Below, one piece after another: positions 1-8,614 of a DNA stretch of 64,000 bases. The notes under the pieces were generated by a model that was given only the letters and a program-made list of their open reading frames with translations, had not been told where the DNA came from and did no database searches. The DNA is from an uncultured Actinomycetes bacterium (lineage in GTDB: Bacteria > Actinomycetota > UBA4738 > HRBIN12). The position numbers and the translations under genes are program-made. Numbering within the stretch: position 1 is the first letter of the stretch; every line of letters starts with the position of its first letter. The stretch spans positions 43,159-107,158 of the forward strand of contig CAZHRY010000001.1 of the NCBI GenBank assembly GCA_964535065.1. Direction: 5' to 3'.

Positions 1-2
1 TT

Positions 3-89
3 CGCGAGTCGCTCGAAGCCGTGCTGCCGATCCTGCCTCACGCCTTGGACCTGCTCGGCGGCAAGACGGGGCATGGGAGCCCGTCATGA
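3..89 (+). CDS. 3' end of an upstream gene (partial, unknown product)
   Basis: Frame-3 reading ...RESLEAVLPILPHALDLLGGKTGHGSPS ends at TGA 87-89, which overlaps the ATG at 86 of the next gene (ATGA coupling). Not in the ORF track because it is truncated by the window edge. Confidence 0.3.
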   Translation, partial: RESLEAVLPILPHALDLLGGKTGHGSPS

Positions 90-847
90 GTCGCGAGGAC
101 GTCCGCCAGAACCTCGAGCATTGGGAGTCGCACAGCGCCGAGTACCAGGAGACGAACAGAGCCCAACTCAACAGGTGGGACCGGCTGGCATGGGGCGTGT
201 GGGACGTGGCGGAGGACGAGATCCACGCGCTGGGCGACGTCAGGGACCTGGACGCTCTGGAGTTGGGTTGCGGGGCCGCGCAGTTCGGGATCAAGGTTGC
301 CATGAGAGGCGCCCGTGTCACGGGCCTCGACTTCAGCGAGAACCAGCTCCATCAGGCGCTCGCGAACATGCGCGAGACCGGCGTTCGTCTGCCTCTCGTG
401 CGCGCCAGCGCCGAGGAGCTTCCGTTCCGCGACGCGTCCTTCGACCTGGTGTTCTGCGATCACGGCGCTACGTCGTTCACGGACCCCCACGTCACGATCC
501 CCGAGGCTGCGCGCGTCCTCCGCAGCGGCGGGATGCTCGTGTTCGACATGGCTACCCCCATCGTGTGGATGGCCTGGGGTCATGACGAACGGCCGGTCGG
601 CCGCGAACTCCGCATGCCGTACTTCGAGATGGGCCGGGAGGTCGGGAACGATCCCGGATGGCGCACCGTCGAGTGGCAACTCACGTACGGCGGCTGGATC
701 CGCCTGTTCCGCTCATGCGGCTTGGTCGTGGAGGATCTGATCGAGCTGCGCCCGGAACCGGATGCCTCCACCACCTACGACTATGTCCCTCTCGACTGGG
801 CGAGGGACTTCCCGGGCGAACACATCTGGAGGGTGCGCAAGCAGTGA
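86..847 (+). CDS. class I SAM-dependent methyltransferase
   Basis: Has the Gly-rich SAM-binding motif LELGCGAAQFG and an acidic LDFS motif; 253 aa. The stop overlaps the next start (GTGA). Confidence 0.8.
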   Translation: MSREDVRQNLEHWESHSAEYQETNRAQLNRWDRLAWGVWDVAEDEIHALGDVRDLDALELGCGAAQFGIKVAMRGARVTGLDFSENQLHQALANMRETGVRLPLVRASAEELPFRDASFDLVFCDHGATSFTDPHVTIPEAARVLRSGGMLVFDMATPIVWMAWGHDERPVGRELRMPYFEMGREVGNDPGWRTVEWQLTYGGWIRLFRSCGLVVEDLIELRPEPDASTTYDYVPLDWARDFPGEHIWRVRKQ

Positions 848-2244
848 GGACCCTCGCGGCATCGCTTGCGGCTGCGCTCGCTGCCGCGGTCCTGGCGGTT
901 GTGGCGGCGACCGCCCCCACCCCGGCGATCGTCACGCCTGACCGGCCGAACATCGTGTTGATCGTCACCGACGACCAGCCCTTCGACACGTTGCCGAGCG
1001 ATCCGCCGGCGATGCCGTGGCTCCAGGCCCAGCTCGAGGACCCCAGCGGCCACTGGCTGAACTTCACGAACGCCGTGGTCAGTACGCCTCTCTGCTGTCC
1101 CTCCCGGGCAACGATCCTGACGGGGCAGTATGCGCGGCAGACCGGCGTCGAGAACAACAACCTGGGGTATCTGCTGGACGAGTCGAACACCCTCCCGGTA
1201 TGGCTGCAGCGGGCCGGATACCGCACGGGCCTGGTCGGCAAGTACCTCAACGAGTACCCGTGGAACCGCGGACCGTACGTTCCGCCGGGATGGGATCGCT
1301 GGCTCGCCAAGACGAACGACTCTGAGGCCACCACCTACTACAGGTACGGTCTGGTCGACCAGGGCACGTTCCGCAGGGTCGGAGACAACCCCGGCGACTA
1401 CGTCACCGACGTGTTGGGCCGTGAGGCGCTCGAGTTCGTGCGAACCTCTCCGCCCGGCACCCCCTGGTTCCTGGTGTTCTCGCCTCCGGCTCCGCACCGG
1501 CCATGGATCCCCGCGCCGCGCCATCGAACCGCGCTCGACGCTCCGTCACTTCCCCCGCCGAGCGAGGAGGTTCTGAACGACGTGGAGGGCAAGCCCGCGT
1601 GGGTGGCGGCGGAAGCGCCCGTAGATGCCGCCAGGTTGGAAGAGCTGCAGCGTGACCGAGTGACCCAGCGTTCCACCCTGCTCGCTGTGGACGAGTGGGT
1701 CGAAGGACTGGTTGCCTCCGTCGCGGCTCGCGGTGAGCTCGACCGTACGGTGTTCGTGTTGATCTCGGACAACGGGTACGCGTTCGGACAACACCGCTGG
1801 GACCGGAAGCACTGCCACTACGAGGAGTGCATCCGCGTTCCTATGGTCGCGTACTCACCATGGGCTTCGGGCGGCGACGTGGGCGAACTGGTCTCGAATG
1901 TGGACCTGGCGGCGACCTTCGCGGAGCTGGCCGGGGTCGAGCCGGGCCTTCCTCAGGACGGAACGAGCCTCGCTCCGATCTTCCGAGGCTCGTCGAGCAT
2001 CTCCCGCCAGGGCGTCCTGATCGACTGGAACGGCACGGATACCGAGGTCCCGCCGTGGGTGGGCGTAAGGACGGCCGATGCGGTCTACGTCAGGCACAGC
2101 GACGGGCACGAGGAGCTGTACGACCTGTCGAGCGACCCGAGCCAGCTCCACAACCTCGCCGACTCCGCTGATGCGACTTCGTTGCAGTCGCGCCTGGACG
2201 TCCTGCTGGACGTGCTCCTGTCTCGGGCGGCACCTGCCAGCTAG
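844..2244 (+). CDS. exported Cys-type sulfatase (arylsulfatase family)
   Basis: GTG start at 844 overlaps the upstream stop. Ala-rich signal peptide, then IVLIVTDDQ and the formylglycine motif [13 protein letters not shown] (C-x-P-x-R). Family call rests on these motifs. Confidence 0.85.
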   Translation: MRTLAASLAAALAAAVLAVVAATAPTPAIVTPDRPNIVLIVTDDQPFDTLPSDPPAMPWLQAQLEDPSGHWLNFTNAVVSTPLCCPSRATILTGQYARQTGVENNNLGYLLDESNTLPVWLQRAGYRTGLVGKYLNEYPWNRGPYVPPGWDRWLAKTNDSEATTYYRYGLVDQGTFRRVGDNPGDYVTDVLGREALEFVRTSPPGTPWFLVFSPPAPHRPWIPAPRHRTALDAPSLPPPSEEVLNDVEGKPAWVAAEAPVDAARLEELQRDRVTQRSTLLAVDEWVEGLVASVAARGELDRTVFVLISDNGYAFGQHRWDRKHCHYEECIRVPMVAYSPWASGGDVGELVSNVDLAATFAELAGVEPGLPQDGTSLAPIFRGSSSISRQGVLIDWNGTDTEVPPWVGVRTADAVYVRHSDGHEELYDLSSDPSQLHNLADSADATSLQSRLDVLLDVLLSRAAPAS

Positions 2245-2255
2245 ACTCCCAGTCG

Positions 2256-3806
2256 ATGCAGCAACGCCCTCCCGCCATCCGGCCCGTCTCCCGGCGGCGG
2301 CGCCCGACCCGTCAACAGATCGCCAGGCGTCGCGGCTTCGCCGCCACGATGGTTGTCTTGCTTGCCTTCTTGACGTGGCAGTTCTGGCCCGGGAGCGGCT
2401 CGACGACGACAGCAGGAACCAACTCACCCGCACCGACGGACGCGCCCACGTCCGGGCCCACGACCAGTCCCGGCCAGGTCGTGCCCGGGGAGACCCCCAT
2501 AGAGCACGTCGTGTTCCTCATCAAAGAGAATAGGACCTTCGATCACTACTTCGGTCAGTATCCGGGCGCCGAGGGCGTAACGGTGGGCCAAAGCATGAAG
2601 CGGAACGCTGAAGGCAACTGGGTCGACGGAGGCCCCGAGGTCCCACTCAAGCTGGCCCCCTACATCCAGCCGCACGACATCACCCACGGCTTCGCGAGCG
2701 GCCTGTACTCGATCAACGGCGGCAAGATGAACGGCTTCAACATCATCGGCGAGGGAGGAGACCTCTCCGGCTACACGCAGCACACCCGTCAGACGCTGCC
2801 CAACTACTGGGCATACGCCGACAGGTTCGTGCTGGCCGATCACTTCTTCACGTCGATGTATGGTCCAACGTTCCCCGAGCACCTCTACACGGTCGCTGCG
2901 CAGTCCTACGGGGTAGTGGACAACAAGACGAACGCAGACACCGAGGGGAGCTACTGCGACGACCATCTCGAGTACACGAAGCGGTTCGGGCTCGAGGACA
3001 TGTCCGGTGACGACATGGCCCGCGTCATGGAGCTGGAGGACAACATCACCGACGAGATCCCCGACCAGCTGGTTCGCATCGCATCGGAGTTCTGGGAGGA
3101 CACGCGAACCTGTTTCGACATCAAGGTGCTGCCGGACCTGCTCGAGAAGAACGGCATCAGCTGGAAGTACTACGGCCGGGCCAACCAGTGGATGAACGGG
3201 CTGCAAGCGATCGACCACGTCTGGAACGGCCCGATGCGGCAGAACATCCAGGATCCCGAGACGATCCTGGCCGACCTCGAGAAAGGCGACCTTCCTGCGG
3301 TCTCGTGGCTGATCCCTCCGGAGGGAAGCGCGAACGAACACCCGGGCGTCGGAACGAACGTCTGCCTAGGGGAGAACTGGACGGTGGAGTATGTGAACGC
3401 GATCATGGAGTCGGACGCTTGGCCGAGCACGGCCATCGTGATCGTTTGGGACGACTTCGGCGGGTTCTACGACCACGTGCCGCCGCCCCATGTGGACATC
3501 ATGGGGTACGGACCGAGGACGCCGGCGCTGATCATCAGCCCCTGGACACGGCGTGGCGACAACCCCGACGGCGGGTATATCGACTCGACGACCTATGAGT
3601 TCTCTTCCGTGCTGCGCTTCATCGAAGAGCTGCACGGGCTGCCGCCCATGACCGACCGGGACGCAGCCGCCGATCCGTTGTCGGGCGCCTTCGACTTCAC
3701 GCAGGAACCCGATCTGGAACCGCTGATCCTCGAAGAGCGCGACTGCGACGCCGCCCTGGCCGACTCGCTGTCGCCTCTCGAAGGCCTGTACCAGCCGGAG
3801 ACGTAG
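2256..3806 (+). CDS. phosphoesterase family protein (non-haemolytic phospholipase C / acid phosphatase AcpA family)
   Basis: Conserved [14 protein letters not shown] motif of the PLC/AcpA phosphoesterase family. N-terminal Arg-rich segment plus hydrophobic anchor and a Thr/Pro-rich linker. An alternative start is the ATG at about 2349 (MVVLLAF). Confidence 0.8.
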   Translation: MQQRPPAIRPVSRRRRPTRQQIARRRGFAATMVVLLAFLTWQFWPGSGSTTTAGTNSPAPTDAPTSGPTTSPGQVVPGETPIEHVVFLIKENRTFDHYFGQYPGAEGVTVGQSMKRNAEGNWVDGGPEVPLKLAPYIQPHDITHGFASGLYSINGGKMNGFNIIGEGGDLSGYTQHTRQTLPNYWAYADRFVLADHFFTSMYGPTFPEHLYTVAAQSYGVVDNKTNADTEGSYCDDHLEYTKRFGLEDMSGDDMARVMELEDNITDEIPDQLVRIASEFWEDTRTCFDIKVLPDLLEKNGISWKYYGRANQWMNGLQAIDHVWNGPMRQNIQDPETILADLEKGDLPAVSWLIPPEGSANEHPGVGTNVCLGENWTVEYVNAIMESDAWPSTAIVIVWDDFGGFYDHVPPPHVDIMGYGPRTPALIISPWTRRGDNPDGGYIDSTTYEFSSVLRFIEELHGLPPMTDRDAAADPLSGAFDFTQEPDLEPLILEERDCDAALADSLSPLEGLYQPET

Positions 3807-3807
3807 C

Positions 3808-4386
3808 TTGGGGCAGTGGGTGGTGTACCGGGTCGCCGAGGGGGCGCTGTTGAAGGCCCCGCTCCCGTCTGCGCCCGAGGCGGGGCAGGGGTGGCGGGGG
3901 ATCGGACTGCGCCGCCCACGCACGCTGGAGCAGCTGGACGACTTGGTGGAGGAAACGGCCGCGAAAGTGGAGGCCGCCGCCGCTTTCTCCGTTCATGAAG
4001 ACTTCGCGTACGTGGTTGCCGCGGCGAGCGGCCGCCCGACGGTTCGTCTCGTCTTCGGCTCCGGCGCAGCGGCGCCGGCTCCGGCCGCGGTGGAGGCGGC
4101 CGCTCGCCGCGGCCCCGCATCGGCCAAGCAGCAGGCGGCGGCGCTCGCGGCGTGGTCGGCGCATGCGCCTCACGAGGTCAGGGCCAAGGACGTCGCCGCC
4201 CTTCTGAAGGAGGCTATCGCCCCCGAGAAGGCTGCCGAGGCCCTTGCGCTGCTCCTCGGGCTCTCGTTGCCCGCCGAGGCCGTCCCCAACCCCTTGGACC
4301 TTCAATCGGTTGCCAGGAAGCATCTGGACGAAGCGTCCCAGGAGGGTCCCAAGCGACGGAAGGGCGGGTTCTGGCGCGCCCGCTGA
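3808..4386 (+). CDS. hypothetical Ala-rich protein
   Basis: 192-aa ORF with GC3-biased codons, immediately after the phosphoesterase stop. I recognise no family. Its stop abuts the kamA stop (TGATCA at 4384-4389). Confidence 0.35.
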   Translation: MGQWVVYRVAEGALLKAPLPSAPEAGQGWRGIGLRRPRTLEQLDDLVEETAAKVEAAAAFSVHEDFAYVVAAASGRPTVRLVFGSGAAAPAPAAVEAAARRGPASAKQQAAALAAWSAHAPHEVRAKDVAALLKEAIAPEKAAEALALLLGLSLPAEAVPNPLDLQSVARKHLDEASQEGPKRRKGGFWRAR

Positions 4387-5838
4387 TCAGGTGCTCACGG
4401 GGATGCCCTGCTCGGCTTGAAGCTCATCAAGCAGTTCGGCGAGGCCCGCAGCGACCTTGTTCCTCCACCACGCCTGACCCTCCTCGGGCAGCGTGTAGAT
4501 GGGGTCGTAGTAGTGGTAGCGGCGCTCGAGCGCCATCGGGTCGTCGGCCTCGATGCTCGTCCGGTAGTTCTTGCGCCAGTAGCTGATCCCGCGAACGCGG
4601 TCGTAGTCGGTGATCATGTGGATCCAACGCTTGCCCACGAAGGGCACGTCGCAGACGAAACGCGGAGTGGCGAACCCTGGCAGGTAGCCCAGGATCGAGT
4701 ACTGGAGCTCCTGAGCCTCGGCGACGGACAACCGCCAATGCTCGGCGTTGGGGATCATGTCGCACATGTAGAAGTAGTAGGGAAGGATCTTGCCGTGGTC
4801 GAGCAGCGTGAAGCACAGCTCCAATAGCTGCGTAGGCGTCGTGTTGACGCCCCGGAGCAGGACGCCCTGGTTGCGAACGTCGCGGAAGCCCATGTCGAGC
4901 AGGGCTCTCACGGCCTTGCCCACAAGAGGCGTCACCTGCTGCGCGGAGTTGACGTGGGTGTGGACCGCCACATCTATGTCGCGATCACGAGCACGCTTGG
5001 CTATCTCGTCGTAGGCCTGGAGCACCTCGTCCTGCAGGAAGTGCTGCGGGATGCCCATCAGGCCCTTGGTGGCGATCCGGATGTCGCGGACGTTCTCGAT
5101 GTCCATCAGCTTGAAGAGCCACTCCTGGAGCCTCTTCGCCGGCACGTTCGCCATGTCACCACCGCTCACGACCACGTCGCGGACCTGCGGCGTGCGCCTC
5201 AAGTAGTCGAGCATCGCGTCCCAGCGATCGCTCTGCTTCATCTCGAACTTGTACTTGAGGACCTGGTTCGTGTCGTTGCCGACCAGGTCCATTCGGGTGC
5301 AATGGCCGCAGTACTGCGGACACGTGGGGATCATCTCGGCCAGGACCTTGGTCGGATACCTGTGGGTCAGTCCTTCGACGGCCCACATGTCGGCTTCGTG
5401 CAACGAGTCGCGAGAGGCCATCGGATGGCTCGGCCACTCGGGCTCGCGTTCGCTGAACGCAGGAGCCATGTACCGGCGGACGGGGTCGGCCCTCAGGTCG
5501 GCCTCGTTCATGGTGTTGATCATCTGAGGGGGGATGAGCATCGACATGGTCGCGCGCTCTTGCTGGTCGCGCTCTATGTCTCGGTAGAGCTCGTCGGTGA
5601 GTGAGTCCCCCAGCGCTTCTTTGAACTCCTTGAGGTTCTTGACCGTGTGCGAACGCTGCCACTGCGCCGACTCCCACTGCTCTCGGGTGACGTCCCGGTA
5701 CCCAGGCAGCCGGGTCCAGTCAGGCTCGACGAACTCCCGCTTCAAGGGATACGAAAAGGGCTGCTGGGCAGCGGCCGTGTGAGCCTCTCGGTGGCTCGGC
5801 CTCACGTTCACCGGTTGCGCCTGGAAGTCGATGCTCAT
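4387..5838 (-). CDS. kamA: KamA-family radical SAM aminomutase (lysine 2,3-aminomutase-like, long form)
   Basis: Has the CPQYCGHCTRM (CxxxCxxC) radical-SAM cluster motif in a GLTHRYP...VLAEM context, plus SGGD and the PYYFYMCD and VCDVP motifs aligned with the lysine-binding Asp positions of KamA. 483 aa. Confidence 0.85.
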   Translation of the reverse strand: MSIDFQAQPVNVRPSHREAHTAAAQQPFSYPLKREFVEPDWTRLPGYRDVTREQWESAQWQRSHTVKNLKEFKEALGDSLTDELYRDIERDQQERATMSMLIPPQMINTMNEADLRADPVRRYMAPAFSEREPEWPSHPMASRDSLHEADMWAVEGLTHRYPTKVLAEMIPTCPQYCGHCTRMDLVGNDTNQVLKYKFEMKQSDRWDAMLDYLRRTPQVRDVVVSGGDMANVPAKRLQEWLFKLMDIENVRDIRIATKGLMGIPQHFLQDEVLQAYDEIAKRARDRDIDVAVHTHVNSAQQVTPLVGKAVRALLDMGFRDVRNQGVLLRGVNTTPTQLLELCFTLLDHGKILPYYFYMCDMIPNAEHWRLSVAEAQELQYSILGYLPGFATPRFVCDVPFVGKRWIHMITDYDRVRGISYWRKNYRTSIEADDPMALERRYHYYDPIYTLPEEGQAWWRNKVAAGLAELLDELQAEQGIPVST

Positions 5839-5975
5839 GGCTGTCGGTCACCCCCTGCCGTCACACGTCGGCACTGCGACGGACACGTGAAACGCAAGTT
5901 CATCGGAGCTCAGCCATGATACCCGGACATCATCCGGGCGAACAGCACGATGGCCGTAGGATCTACGGCCTGCAG

Positions 5976-6266
5976 TCAGCGGCGCGGGCCGTCGCCGCGA
6001 CCGGGCCCGCCCTCTCGCCGCGGCCGCCGTTGGTCGCGGATCTCGGGTCCCTGCTTGGGGAGCCTTGCCCGCATCGGAGCGTGGCCGGTGCGCTCGAACT
6101 TGACCTGGACGAACTCGGCCGTCTCGCGGCGCTCGAGCTCGCGCCATCCGTTGGCCAGCAAGTGTTTCAGTCTGGCGGCGGCGGTCTTCCTCAGCTTGTC
6201 CGTTCCCGGCACCTTGACGTACAGGCGCTCGTGGAGGATCTCCTTGTACTCGGCCATGGCGACCAA
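5976..6266 (-). CDS. hypothetical small protein upstream of kamA
   Basis: N-terminal 70 aa (MAEYKEILHERLYVKVPGTDKLRKTAAARLKHLL...) are rich in K, E and Y, which is atypical for GC-driven shadow ORFs. It sits 137 bp upstream of kamA on the same strand. The Arg/Pro-rich C-terminal tail may be read-through. Confidence 0.4.
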   Translation of the reverse strand: MVAMAEYKEILHERLYVKVPGTDKLRKTAAARLKHLLANGWRELERRETAEFVQVKFERTGHAPMRARLPKQGPEIRDQRRPRREGGPGRGDGPRR

Positions 6267-6286
6267 GGTTAGCAGCCGGATGGGTT

Positions 6287-8611
6287 GTGCGAGAGGTATA
6301 CCTTCAGAGGCCCATTAGGCCTGCCGATGCTGCAGACGTGATGGTCGCTTCCGAGAACCGGGGGGAGGCCGTCCCGAGGGCAGTGCGCGATGCGTTAGCG
6401 CGCCTAGCGGACGGCGACTGGCTAGCCGAGCTGGGCTCGGCGCTGGCCGCCGTTGGGTCGAGCGTGGGCGTCGATCGCGTCTACGTGTTCCAGAACATGC
6501 GCGGACCGGACGGTCGGCTCTGGATGGATCTGTGTGGGGAATGGGACGCGCCGGGGATCCGTGGCATCTTCGATGACCCGAAGAACCACCTTCATCCGTA
6601 CCACCCCGGCTTCACCAGTTGGATAGAGACGCTGGGTTCGGGCGGGCACATCCGCGCGCCGTCGGTCGCGGACCTTCCGGAGCCGGTCAGGCGGGTCCTT
6701 TCGTCCGAAGGCACGCGGTCGATACTCGTCCTTCCGGTCACGGTGGCCGGCGAGTGGTGGGGTTACGTGGGGTTCGATTCGTGCAGCGGCCGCGACTGGT
6801 CGGAGGACGACCTTGCGGCGGTACGCGCCCTGGCGTACTCGGTAACCGGGGCGGTTACCAGGGTTCGTGCGGAGGAAGACCGCCGCCTGCAGGCCGACCT
6901 GTTCCAGACGGTGGTCGAGCAAGGTCCAGCGGTGTCCTACATCGATGGTGTGGACGACGAAGCCTCGAGCGTCTTCATGAGCCCGCAGATCGCGTCCATC
7001 GTGGGGTACACGGCTGAGGAGTTCATGGCGGACGAGGAGTTGTGGCCGAGGTTGCTTCACCCTGATGACAAGGCGCGGGCGCTCGCCGAGAACCAACGTC
7101 ACAACGAGACCGGTGAACCCTTCCGGCTCGAGTACCGGATGTTCGCGAAGGACGGTCGTGTGGTGTGGGTACACGACGAAGCGATCATGGTGCGGGACGA
7201 GAGGGGTATGCCTCGCTACTCGGTCGGCATCATGGTCGATATCTCCGATCGCAAGGATGCGGAGGAACAGGTCGCCTTCCAGGCGTATCACGACGAGCTG
7301 ACAGGGCTCCCGTCGCGGGCGATGTTCGAGGAGCTGCTCGACCTCTCCGTCGCCAGGGCCAAGAGGCACGAGGGTGCTGTGGCGGTGCTCTGTGTGGATC
7401 TGGACGACTTCAAGCTCGTCAACGACTCGCTCGGACACAGGACGGGGGACGGCGTGCTTCAGCTCGTGGCCGATCGCCTCCGCGAGGCAACGCGTGAAAC
7501 CGACCTCGTCGCGCGCCGGGGCGGTGACCAGTTCCTCCTGCTGCTTGCGGACCTGGATCGCGAGGAGGGCGAGATCGATGCGGCGTTGGTCCGGGCCCAA
7601 TCGGTCGCCCAGCGGATCCTTGCGTCTCTGGCGCAGCCCTTCGTGCTGCACGGGACCGAGCTGTACGTGTCGGCGAGCATCGGCATCAGCTTGCTCCCCC
7701 ATGACGCTTCCGATGCCGGCACGCTGCAGAGGAATGCCGAAGCCGCGATGTACGAGGCGAAGAAGGGCGGATCGGCCGGCTTCGTCGTGGCGTCCGACGG
7801 GGGCGTGGATTCCGCCGCCAAGCTCGAGTTCGTCACGCGCCTCAGGAAGGCCGTGGAGCTGCAGAGGTGGACCCTTCACTACCAGCCGGTCCTTGAACTC
7901 GGCACGGGGAAGATGATCGGGGTCGAGGCCCTGATCCGCTGGATCGAGCCTGATGGCACGATGGTCCCGCCGCTCGAGTTCATCCCGCTGGCGGAGGAGC
8001 TGGGCTTGATCGAACGGATCGGCGATTGGGTGGTCCGTGAGATCGCCTACCAGATGCAGGCGTGGCGCGAGCTGGGGATCGACCTCGAGATCGGCTTCAA
8101 CCTGTCCCCGCGGCAGTTCTGGCAGCCAGATCTGGCCCAGCGGATCGTGGGCGAGATCACGGCGGCTGGGTCGGACCCTTCACGGATCATGGTGGAGGTC
8201 ACGGAGTCCTCGGCGATGATGGATCCGGACCGTGCGCAGCAGGTCCTGATGGAGCTGAAGGACGCCGGGTTCTCCCTGGCCATCGACGACTTCGGGACCG
8301 GTTACTCGTCGCTCTCTCGCCTTCGTGAGATGCCGGTGAACGTGCTCAAGATCGATCGGTCCTTCGTGAGCAGGGTGCACGAGGATCGGCAGTCGGCCGC
8401 GATAGTCGGGGCGTTCCTCGAGCTGGCCGGAGGACTGGACATGGTCACGCTGGCCGAAGGGATCGAGACCGAGGACGAGCTGGCCTTCTTGCGCGAGCGG
8501 GGCTGCTCCCTGGGTCAGGGCTTCCATTTCTCGAAGCCTGTGCCGCCCGAGGAGATCATCGTCTACGCGCTCGGTGGGATCCCGGCCGCGGCCGGACTCC
8601 GGTCCGCCTGA
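6287..8611 (+). CDS. GAF-PAS-GGDEF(degenerate)-EAL c-di-GMP signalling protein (likely phosphodiesterase)
   Basis: Contains a GAF-like N-terminus, a PAS segment, a GGDEF domain whose signature reads RRGGDQF (degenerate), and an EAL domain with EALIRW, DDFGTGYSS and KIDRSF motifs. The true start may be the internal M at about 6341. Confidence 0.85.
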   Translation: MREVYLQRPIRPADAADVMVASENRGEAVPRAVRDALARLADGDWLAELGSALAAVGSSVGVDRVYVFQNMRGPDGRLWMDLCGEWDAPGIRGIFDDPKNHLHPYHPGFTSWIETLGSGGHIRAPSVADLPEPVRRVLSSEGTRSILVLPVTVAGEWWGYVGFDSCSGRDWSEDDLAAVRALAYSVTGAVTRVRAEEDRRLQADLFQTVVEQGPAVSYIDGVDDEASSVFMSPQIASIVGYTAEEFMADEELWPRLLHPDDKARALAENQRHNETGEPFRLEYRMFAKDGRVVWVHDEAIMVRDERGMPRYSVGIMVDISDRKDAEEQVAFQAYHDELTGLPSRAMFEELLDLSVARAKRHEGAVAVLCVDLDDFKLVNDSLGHRTGDGVLQLVADRLREATRETDLVARRGGDQFLLLLADLDREEGEIDAALVRAQSVAQRILASLAQPFVLHGTELYVSASIGISLLPHDASDAGTLQRNAEAAMYEAKKGGSAGFVVASDGGVDSAAKLEFVTRLRKAVELQRWTLHYQPVLELGTGKMIGVEALIRWIEPDGTMVPPLEFIPLAEELGLIERIGDWVVREIAYQMQAWRELGIDLEIGFNLSPRQFWQPDLAQRIVGEITAAGSDPSRIMVEVTESSAMMDPDRAQQVLMELKDAGFSLAIDDFGTGYSSLSRLREMPVNVLKIDRSFVSRVHEDRQSAAIVGAFLELAGGLDMVTLAEGIETEDELAFLRERGCSLGQGFHFSKPVPPEEIIVYALGGIPAAAGLRSA

Positions 8612-8614
8612 GGG

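Noticed and set aside
38-679. 213-aa minus-strand ORF overlapping the methyltransferase (and the similar 73..585 + ORF)
   Set aside because: It fully overlaps a well-supported gene and has an Arg/Pro/Gly/Ala-rich composition typical of GC-driven antisense shadows. No motifs.
5839-5975. Hairpins (cgtcg-gcactg-cgacg; cccgga-catca-tccggg) between the small ORF and kamA as an attenuator
   Set aside because: The stems are short (5-6 bp) and common at this GC content. They are insufficient evidence for a specific regulatory element.
6422-7879. 485-aa antisense ORF inside the GAF-PAS-GGDEF-EAL gene; similar long antisense ORFs at 13021..14499, 27338..28258, 28268..29404, 34320..35246, 37675..38865, 41195..42232, 43316..44605, 55242..56780, 60607..62082 and 62165..62794
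   Set aside because: All lie entirely within strongly supported genes on the opposite strand. They are R/G/P/H-rich and poor in K/N/Y/F/I, and have no recognisable domains. High-GC genomes generate such open antisense frames routinely.
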